Below are positions 57,301 to 64,000 of a stretch of 64,000 bases of DNA, piece by piece. Position numbers and translations under genes: made by a program. The notes beneath the pieces are model-generated. The model was not told where the DNA came from, did not search any database, and worked only from the letters and a program-made list of their open reading frames with translations. The DNA is from an uncultured Candidatus Melainabacteria bacterium (lineage in GTDB: Bacteria; Cyanobacteriota; Vampirovibrionia; Gastranaerophilales; Gastranaerophilaceae), in contig CATNBA010000004.1 of NCBI GenBank assembly GCA_950096985.1, positions 5,618 to 69,617 of the forward strand, given 5' to 3'. How positions within the stretch are numbered: position 1 is the first letter of the stretch; each line of letters starts with the position of its first letter.

Positions 57301-58914
57301 ATGAGCAGCCTACAGTTTCACAATGATTTAGACAGATTAATAAATGTTTTGCCTGACAAGGTCAGAAGGTACATTACCTATGAGAAAATGGAAGATGTTA
57401 TCGAAATTGTTCTCGACATTGGTCGAACCCCTGAAATAAGACACGCAGGCGGTAAAATTGATTATCTGGGTGAAGAGTTTGTTGAAGAAGATGACATTAA
57501 TTATATAACCTGTAGGTTACAGGAATTTACGTCCGATAACCGTTCGGGAATTCCCGGAACATTACACAGGATTAGTGCAATAAGAAACAGGCAGGGTAAA
57601 ATTATCGGTTTAACTTGTAGAATAGGCAGGGTTGTAACAGGAACTATTGCATGTATTAAAGACATCTGTTTGATGAATAAGAGTATTCTCTTTTTGGGAC
57701 GTCCGGGTGTCGGTAAAACAACTAAACTGAGAGAAATTTCGAGATTGGTGGCTGATGAACTTGCCAAGCGCGTCGTTATAGTAGATACTTCAAACGAAAT
57801 TGCAGGCGACGGAGATACTCCTCACCCTGCTATCGGTCATGCAAGGCGTATGCAGGTTACTCAGCCCGAGTTTCAAAAAGATATTATGATTGAGGCTGTT
57901 GAAAATCATACTCCCGAAGTTATTGTTGTGGATGAAATTGGTACGGAAGCTGAGGCTCAAGCTGCGCGTACTATTGCAGAACGCGGGGTTATGTTGATTG
58001 CAACAGCCCATGGTAACAGTTTGGAAAACTTAATCAAAAACCCAACATTGTCAGATTTGGTTGGCGGAATTCAATCTGTTACTTTAGGTGATGATGAGGC
58101 AAAACGCAGAGCATCACAAAAAACAGTTCTCGAAAGAGAAAAACAGCCGACTTTTGATGTTGTAATTGAGATTTTAGACAGAAATACGCTCGCTGTATAC
58201 AAAGATACTGCAGAGGCAGTTGACTATATTTTGCGAGGCTGGCCTATCAGACCTGAAATCAGAAAGGTCGACAAGGCTTATGAAATGCCTCAGGAATTGA
58301 AGGAAGAACCGAAACTTATTGATATTCCAAAAGAAATAGACAAACTTGAACATAAAATTGAATATGGTGCAGACAGTTTGAAGTTTTCATTTTCAAGAGA
58401 AAAGTATGTTGAAGATATGAAAAAGTCTTTTAAAAAGATTTATTTATATGCGGTTTCACGTACGATTGTCGAAAAGGTTATTGAACGTTTGGATTTGAAT
58501 GCGGAAGTTACCAGAAGTATTGAAGATGCTGATATTGTTATCGCTCATAAAAACTTTATAAAAGGCGGGGCAAAAGTTCTGAGCGTCGCCAACGATTATC
58601 GTTTACAGATTTTTTATGTAAAAACAAATTCTATGGCGCAAATCCAGAAGGTTTTGAAAGAAGCTTTAGATATTGTAGAAACCTCGGAAACTTTGTGCGG
58701 CTATTATGATGATGCGGAGCGTGCATTGGATGAGGCGAAAGCTGCGATTAATAAGATATTGGCGGGTGAAAAGGACGTTGAATTAACTCCTCAAAACCAA
58801 CATATCAGGAAATTACAGCATGAACTTGTAGAACAGCATAACTTGGAAAGCAAATCTATTGGTGAAGGCAACAACCGCCACTTAAAAATTGTCGGCGGAA
58901 AAGATTTTCATTGA
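57301..58914 (+). CDS. Ycf45/SpoIIIAA-like AAA ATPase with C-terminal R3H domain
   Basis: GRPGVGKT, IVDTSNEIAGDGD, AVENHTPEVIVVDEIG, ATAHG; C-terminal RKLQHELV R3H. Confidence 0.88.
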   Translation: MSSLQFHNDLDRLINVLPDKVRRYITYEKMEDVIEIVLDIGRTPEIRHAGGKIDYLGEEFVEEDDINYITCRLQEFTSDNRSGIPGTLHRISAIRNRQGKIIGLTCRIGRVVTGTIACIKDICLMNKSILFLGRPGVGKTTKLREISRLVADELAKRVVIVDTSNEIAGDGDTPHPAIGHARRMQVTQPEFQKDIMIEAVENHTPEVIVVDEIGTEAEAQAARTIAERGVMLIATAHGNSLENLIKNPTLSDLVGGIQSVTLGDDEAKRRASQKTVLEREKQPTFDVVIEILDRNTLAVYKDTAEAVDYILRGWPIRPEIRKVDKAYEMPQELKEEPKLIDIPKEIDKLEHKIEYGADSLKFSFSREKYVEDMKKSFKKIYLYAVSRTIVEKVIERLDLNAEVTRSIEDADIVIAHKNFIKGGAKVLSVANDYRLQIFYVKTNSMAQIQKVLKEALDIVETSETLCGYYDDAERALDEAKAAINKILAGEKDVELTPQNQHIRKLQHELVEQHNLESKSIGEGNNRHLKIVGGKDFH

Positions 58915-58958
58915 TAAGTTTATACAAAACCTAAGGTGGAAGGCGACTTCGTCGCCAC
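58915..58958. repeat. Second copy of REP-like element head plus GC hairpin
   Basis: TAAGTTTATACAAAACCTAAGGTGG then GGCGAC-ttc-GTCGCC. Confidence 0.55.
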
Positions 58959-58987
58959 TTGACAAAAAAGAGAAAATCGTAAATAAT
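58959..58987 (+). promoter_or_regulatory. Antisense promoter TTGACA-N17-AATAAT
   Basis: TTGACA 58959-58964, AATAAT 58982-58987. Confidence 0.65.
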
Positions 58988-58993
58988 GTGAAT

Positions 58994-59101
58994 ATAGGGA
59001 AAGAACCCTAAGAGGGTCTAGTCTCTTAAGGTTCTTCATAACTCCCTATTTAAGTAGTTTAGGTGCTATGATTATCATAAAGATAAGCCATAGCGCTTTT
59101 T
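58994..59101 (+). ncRNA. Candidate cis-antisense antitoxin sRNA (about 105 nt)
   Basis: Follows the promoter; long hairpin 58994-59049; ends in GTGCTATG/CATAGCGC stem plus TTTTT (59097-59101). Confidence 0.6.
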
Positions 59102-59120
59102 CTGTAATACAGAATTTCAC
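59046..59120 (-). CDS. Candidate type I toxin: 24 aa peptide MKFCITEKALWLIFMIIIAPKLLK
   Basis: AGAAAGGAGGTGAT SD, GTG 59120, TAG 59046; shares EKAL plus hydrophobic run with 30702-30773. Confidence 0.65.
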   Translation of the reverse strand: MKFCITEKALWLIFMIIIAPKLLK

Positions 59121-59197
59121 TTTTTCATCACCTCCTTTCTGACCAGTTTCTCATAACAAGTGTGTGTCAGCTTTCGGTGAGCGGGAGCTTACCCAAA

Positions 59198-59389
59198 TTA
59201 TTTGCGTTTTTTGAACTCAATATCGTAGCCGAGAATATCGGCTATTTGTTCAACTAATTCATATGTAATTGTTTTATTTCGTAGTTTATTAGATAAATTA
59301 TTTACAGATGAATTTATTTTTTCTGCTAATGCTGTCATTGTAATATTTTCAACTGCTAAAATTGCTTTTATTTTTTCTCTAGCTCCCAT
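59198..59389 (-). CDS. Small Cro/C1-like HTH protein
   Basis: IKAILAVENITMTALAEKINSSVNNLSNKL..ITYELVEQIADILG; similar to 31203-31442. Confidence 0.75.
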   Translation of the reverse strand: MGAREKIKAILAVENITMTALAEKINSSVNNLSNKLRNKTITYELVEQIADILGYDIEFKKRK

Positions 59390-59536
59390 AGTATTACCTT
59401 TGATTTTCACGTTTACATTCATTATTGTATTATTTGATTGAAATGTTGACAAATAAATGTAAGTATGCTATTATTTTGAATGTATTCATTCATAAAAACA
59501 TATATATGTTCAAAAAATATTAAGAAAGGTAAAGCT

Positions 59537-59716
59537 ATGGAAACAAAAGATGAGTTGATTAAAAAACTTGATGAAAAAATTGAGGCTCAAAAAGATACAA
59601 TGATAGACAATATTTGTAATATTCAACAGATAATAAATGAAATGGATAAAGCTCTTAATATATTGTGTTATCTTTCGTTTATAAAACGTGAGTTCATTAA
59701 AAAAGACGAAGGTTAA
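59537..59716 (+). CDS. Small coiled-coil hypothetical protein
   Basis: AAAGG RBS; TTGACA-N17-TATTAT with TG extension at 59446-59474. Confidence 0.55.
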   Translation: METKDELIKKLDEKIEAQKDTMIDNICNIQQIINEMDKALNILCYLSFIKREFIKKDEG

Positions 59717-59730
59717 AACCTTCGTCTTTT
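59701..59730. terminator. Bidirectional terminator after ppdK
   Basis: AAAAGACGAAGGTT-aa-AACCTTCGTCTTTT. Confidence 0.85.
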
Positions 59731-59748
59731 TAGTTTATGTGCGTAGCA

Positions 59749-62403
59749 CTATTTTTTTGCTTCAACAACTGCTTGAGCTGCTGCAAGTCTTGCTTGTGGT
59801 AATCTGAATGGTGAGCAAGATACATAATCCAAGCCAATTCTGTCACAGAATTTTACTGAATCAGGGTCACCGCCGTGTTCGCCGCAAACACCGCCAACAA
59901 GTGATGAGTTTACTGATTTGCCTTTTTCCATTGACATTTCAATTAACTGACCAACACCTTTTGTATCAAGTGTTTCGAACGGGTTAGAAGGTAAGATTTT
60001 TTGTTCAACGTATCTGTTCAAGAATTTACCTTCAGCATCGTCACGTGAGTAACCGAATGTCATTTGAGTTAAGTCGTTTGTACCGAATGAGAAGAATTCT
60101 GCATATTCGGCGATTTCATCAGCTGTTAAAGCTGCACGAGGAATTTCAATCATTGTACCGAATTTGTACTCAACTTCAATACCTTTTTCAGTCATAACTT
60201 CTTTTGCTACACGAACCAAAATTTCTTTAGCAACTTTAAGTTCGTTAACGTGTCCGATTAACGGTATCATAACCCAAGGTTTAACAGCAACGCCTTCACG
60301 TTTCAAGTCACAGCAAGCTTCAAAGATTGCTCTAACTTGCATTTCGTTGATTTCAGGGTAAGTCAAACCTAAACGGCATCCTCTCAAGCCCATCATCGGG
60401 TTAGATTCAGATAAACCTTCAACGATATGAAGCATTTCTTCTTTTTCTGATGCATCTTTGCCTTGTGCTTTAAGAGTTGCAACTTCAGCAATTAATTCTT
60501 CTTTAGAAGGTAAGAATTCGTGAAGTGGCGGGTCTAAAAGTCTTACTGTAAGAGGTTTGTCGCCCAATGCTTTGAACATTGCATAGAAGTCAGAGTATTG
60601 CATTGGAAGAAGTTTTGCCAATGCTTCTTTTCTAGCCTCAGGAGTACCTGCAATAATCATTTTTTGTACCCATGGTAATCTGTCAGGGTCCATGAACATG
60701 TGTTCTGTACGGCATAAACCAACACCTTCAGCACCGAATTTTAAAGCATTTTCGATATCTTTAGGAGTATCAGCGTTAGCCTCAACTTTCATTCTTTTGA
60801 TTTCGTCAACCCATCCGAAGAATGTGTTCCAGTTGTCGTCGATTTGAGCTTCTACAAGTTTAACAGCACCTTCCATAACGATACCTTTGCCGCCGTCAAG
60901 AGAGATGATTTCGTTTTTCTTGTATACTTTTCCGTCGCAGCCTGTTAATGTTTCATTATTCAAGTCGATTTTCAAGTCTTCACAACCTGAAACGCAAGGT
61001 TTACCCATACCTTTAGCAACAACAGCTGCGTGAGAAGTTGCGCCGCCACGTAAAGTTAAAACACCTTGTGATACTGCCATACCGTGAATATCGTCAGGAC
61101 AAGTTTCTACACGAACAAGAATAACTTTTTCGCCTGCTTCGCCTCGTTGAGCTGCTTCTTCGGTATCGAATACGATTTTACCTACAGCAGCACCGGGAGA
61201 TGCGTTTACACCCTGACAGATTTTGTGAGCATCAGCTAAAGCTTTTTCATCAAAGCAAGGTAGTAAAATTTGGTTTACTGAATATGGATCAACAAGTTGG
61301 ATTGCTCTTTCTTTAGAGATAATTCCTTCTTTTTCCATTTCAACGGCAATTCTGATAGCCGCAGCTGCTGTTCTTTTACCGTTACGAGTTTGCAAAATCC
61401 ACAATTTACCTTTTTCAATTGTAAATTCCATATCTTGAACGTCTTTGTAGCCTAATTCAAGTTTTTTAGCGATATCAACATATTGTCTGTATAAATCAGG
61501 CATTTCAGTTTCAAGTTCTTCAATCGGTTTCGGAGTTCTGATACCTGCAACAACGTCTTCGCCTTGAGCGTTAGTCAAGTATTCACCGTAGAATTTGTTT
61601 TCCCCTGTAGCAGGGTTACGGGTGAATGAAACACCTGTAGCACAATCGTCGCCCATGTTACCAAATACCATTGTTTGAACATTTACTGCTGTACCAAAGT
61701 TGTGGTCAATTTTATTCATGTTTCTGTAAGCAATCGCGCGAGGAATATTCCAAGATCTGAATACTGCTTCAATAGCTTCTTGTAATTGAACATACGGATC
61801 TTGAGGGAATTCTTTGCCTGTAACTTCTTTGATAATATTTTTATATACAGGGATTAAAGATTTCAAACCTTCTGCTGAAATTTTTGTATCTTCTTTAACG
61901 CCTTCACGTTCTTTTACTTTTTCCAATTCAGATTCAAAGTATTTTTGTCTGTCCATTTCCCAGGCAACAGAACCGAACATTGTTAAGAAACGGCGGTAGC
62001 TGTCATAGCAGAAACGAGGATTGTTAGTAAGCTTAATCATAGCTTCAACAGTCTGGTCGTTCAAACCTAAGTTCAAGATAGTTTCCATCATACCGGGCAT
62101 AGAAAGTCTAGCACCAGATCTAACTGAAACTAAAAGTGGATTTTCACTGTCGCCGAATTTTTTGCCTGTTTGTTCTTCAACTTCTTTTAATGCAGATTTA
62201 ACTTCATCCATTAAACCTTCAGGCATTTTATTGCCGTGATTAATATAATCCATACAAGTTTCTGTAGTGATTGTCAATCCCGGAGGAACGGGTAATCCTA
62301 AATTAGTCATTTCAGCAAGGTTAGCACCTTTACCGCCCAAAAGATTGCGCATATCGGCGTTGCCTTCTCTGAACAACCATACTCGTTTTTCTGTCATAGT
62401 CAA
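59749..62403 (-). CDS. ppdK: Pyruvate, phosphate dikinase
   Basis: LLGGKGANLAEM, VSVRSGA..SMPGMM, GGATSHAAVV, GLCRTEHMF, SFGTNDLTQ, CGEHGGDP. Confidence 0.97.
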   Translation of the reverse strand: MTMTEKRVWLFREGNADMRNLLGGKGANLAEMTNLGLPVPPGLTITTETCMDYINHGNKMPEGLMDEVKSALKEVEEQTGKKFGDSENPLLVSVRSGARLSMPGMMETILNLGLNDQTVEAMIKLTNNPRFCYDSYRRFLTMFGSVAWEMDRQKYFESELEKVKEREGVKEDTKISAEGLKSLIPVYKNIIKEVTGKEFPQDPYVQLQEAIEAVFRSWNIPRAIAYRNMNKIDHNFGTAVNVQTMVFGNMGDDCATGVSFTRNPATGENKFYGEYLTNAQGEDVVAGIRTPKPIEELETEMPDLYRQYVDIAKKLELGYKDVQDMEFTIEKGKLWILQTRNGKRTAAAAIRIAVEMEKEGIISKERAIQLVDPYSVNQILLPCFDEKALADAHKICQGVNASPGAAVGKIVFDTEEAAQRGEAGEKVILVRVETCPDDIHGMAVSQGVLTLRGGATSHAAVVAKGMGKPCVSGCEDLKIDLNNETLTGCDGKVYKKNEIISLDGGKGIVMEGAVKLVEAQIDDNWNTFFGWVDEIKRMKVEANADTPKDIENALKFGAEGVGLCRTEHMFMDPDRLPWVQKMIIAGTPEARKEALAKLLPMQYSDFYAMFKALGDKPLTVRLLDPPLHEFLPSKEELIAEVATLKAQGKDASEKEEMLHIVEGLSESNPMMGLRGCRLGLTYPEINEMQVRAIFEACCDLKREGVAVKPWVMIPLIGHVNELKVAKEILVRVAKEVMTEKGIEVEYKFGTMIEIPRAALTADEIAEYAEFFSFGTNDLTQMTFGYSRDDAEGKFLNRYVEQKILPSNPFETLDTKGVGQLIEMSMEKGKSVNSSLVGGVCGEHGGDPDSVKFCDRIGLDYVSCSPFRLPQARLAAAQAVVEAKK

Positions 62404-62501
62404 TTCTCCTTTTTACTTACAGAATAATCATCATTTTTATAAGAAAAATTGTACCATGAACATGTATATTTTAATAATAAATGGTAAACTTTTTATTTAC
62501 A

Positions 62502-62732
62502 TTACTTTCTAAAATAATCGCAAATCAAAACTTTTTTACGCGGTATTAAATTTTTAAGACCGTCAATAAGTTTATTTTTATCCAAATTTTCTAATTCTTT
62601 TTTCAGGATAGCTTTTTCTAAAACGACTTTGTTATATAAATCCGAACACACAGAACTTTTGTCAATGTGTTCTTTTAATTTCGCTAATTGAATCTCTTTT
62701 TCTCTAATAGATTTGATTAGTTCTTTTTTCAC
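62502..62732 (-). CDS. Small coiled-coil hypothetical protein
   Basis: 76 aa; GAGG RBS, GTG start. Confidence 0.6.
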   Translation of the reverse strand: MKKELIKSIREKEIQLAKLKEHIDKSSVCSDLYNKVVLEKAILKKELENLDKNKLIDGLKNLIPRKKVLICDYFRK

Positions 62733-62809
62733 GTTAAAGACCTCTTTGTACCATATCAGAATATAGCTTATTCCAAATTTTTAAATCGACTTTTTAGTTG
62801 ATTTCAGCA

Positions 62810-63355
62810 TTATACATGCAATAAATCATACTCATAGCCTATTTTTAAAGCTTTGATATTAAGAGGTAATAAATTTTTTCTGTGAGCCGGAATTACTGTA
62901 TCAAGAGCTTTTTCAAGTATTTCAATACTTAATAATCCGCTAGCTTTTGCTAAAATTCCTAATGCAAGTATATTAGCCATTCTAACATTGCCAAGTTCAT
63001 CTGCTGATTTTGTAATAGGTACAAATACATATTTTATATCTGAACGTGTTTTTGCCTCTTTTACAAGTGTAGAATTAGCAATCATACAGCCGCCATGTTT
63101 AATTTTTGGTAAAAATTTGTCAAATGATGCCTGATTTAATGCAACAATAAAATCCGCATCAGCTTTATTAACTTCGCTGACTTCATCTTCACTCATGACA
63201 ATCTCACAATTAACCGTTCCTCCTCGCATTTCTGCCCCGTACGAAGGATACCAGGTTACGTTTTTATCTGCCAGCATAAAAGCGTTTGCAAGCACTTCAC
63301 CTGCCAATAATACACCTTGTCCGCCAAATCCTGCTATTATAAAATTTTTTTCCAT
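62810..63355 (-). CDS. 2-oxoacid:acceptor oxidoreductase gamma subunit
   Basis: AGFGGQGVLLAG, SYGAEMRGG. Confidence 0.93.
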   Translation of the reverse strand: MEKNFIIAGFGGQGVLLAGEVLANAFMLADKNVTWYPSYGAEMRGGTVNCEIVMSEDEVSEVNKADADFIVALNQASFDKFLPKIKHGGCMIANSTLVKEAKTRSDIKYVFVPITKSADELGNVRMANILALGILAKASGLLSIEILEKALDTVIPAHRKNLLPLNIKALKIGYEYDLLHV

Positions 63356-63363
63356 TTTTTCAC

Positions 63364-64000
63364 CTATGCTGTTATGTCTTTATATACACCCGGTTTAAAT
63401 ACCTGCATCATTTCATTTCTTACTCTTTCATGTGCCTGCTCGGGTGTCATTTTCCAGTTTGTCGGGCATGTTGAAAGGATTTCTACAAACCCGAAACCCA
63501 GTCCATGTAATTGGACTTCAAATGCTTTTTTGATTGCCTGTTTTGCTTTTCTGATATTTGCAACAGTATCTAAAGAAACTCTTGCTGAAAATGCAGTACC
63601 ATCACAAAGCGCAATGTGTTCGGCAATTTTTATCGGATAACCGTAATATTCAACATTTCTGCCGGTTGGAGATGTTGTTGTTTTTTGTCCTACAAGTGTT
63701 GTAGGACCTAATTGTCCGCCTGTCATGCCGTAAGTTGTATTGTTAATACAAATTGCGGATAAATTTTCACCGCGAAGTGCTGCGTGCATGCTTTCTGCAA
63801 GTCCGATTGATGCAAAGTCACCGTCGCCTTGATATGTAAATACAAATTTATCAGGCTGTGCTCTTTTAACTCCTGTTGCAACTGCCAAGGCTCTGCCGTG
63901 AGGTGCTTCGACAGCATCAACATTCAAAAAGTCGTATGAAGTGACTGAACATCCGATTGATGCCGCAAGAATAGAATTTTCTTTCAAGCCCAGTTCGTCC
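63364..64000 (-). CDS. 2-oxoacid:acceptor oxidoreductase beta (TPP-binding) subunit, 5'-truncated
   Basis: SIGCSV, HGRALAVATG, YQGDGD, NNTTYGMTGGQ, CPTNW; frame open to window end. Confidence 0.92.
   Translation of the reverse strand, partial: DELGLKENSILAASIGCSVTSYDFLNVDAVEAPHGRALAVATGVKRAQPDKFVFTYQGDGDFASIGLAESMHAALRGENLSAICINNTTYGMTGGQLGPTTLVGQKTTTSPTGRNVEYYGYPIKIAEHIALCDGTAFSARVSLDTVANIRKAKQAIKKAFEVQLHGLGFGFVEILSTCPTNWKMTPEQAHERVRNEMMQVFKPGVYKDITA

Noticed and set aside
59111-59130. ATG-AAA-AAG-TGA mini-ORF overlapping the SD of TA module 2
   Set aside because: The ATG overlaps the GGAGGTGA itself, too close for efficient initiation; the GTG frame is the one homologous to module 1
59226-59244. 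TAGCCGA-gaata-TCGGCTA inverted repeat inside the HTH gene
   Set aside because: A single 7-bp stem in coding sequence with no second copy; probably chance
1-64000. CRISPR arrays, tRNA/rRNA genes, transposases/integrases and the many 60-140 aa overlapping ORFs in the track
   Set aside because: No regularly spaced repeats, cloverleafs or recombinase motifs were seen; the nested short ORFs lie antisense to or out of frame in well-supported genes

Overview
AT-rich bacterial chromosomal segment. The gene families suggest Melainabacteria/Vampirovibrionia, probably Gastranaerophilales (inference from several dispersed prepilin-like genes, the MGxAAxQARLLSIT family, a Ycf45-like ATPase and anaerobic ppdK/2-oxoacid oxidoreductase genes). 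Most of the window is housekeeping: rnpB, prsA, mfd, nrdJ, ileS, fusA, uppS, rdgB, an RND-TolC pump, murA, grpE-dnaJ, ruvC, mtnA, tyrA, pgi, proBA, alr, lpdA, lipA and ppdK. The most striking unannotated signal is a pair of paralogous type I toxin-antitoxin-like modules (30585-30848 and 58959-59194). Each has a 23-24 aa hydrophobic ORF behind AGAAAGGAGGTGAT, a TTGACA-N17-AATAAT antisense promoter, an antisense terminator written into the conserved EKAL codons and a covarying 5'-3' pairing, and each sits beside a small HTH gene. Also notable: an apparently complete chaperone-usher-like pilus locus, a pilin gene switched off at a G10 tract, two paralogues with conserved helical ends and variable cores that share a sigma28-like promoter, an HLR1-like direct-repeat motif upstream of lineage-specific genes, and REP-like repeats, one apparently inserted in frame in rdgB. 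No tRNA, rRNA, CRISPR array or transposase was recognised.
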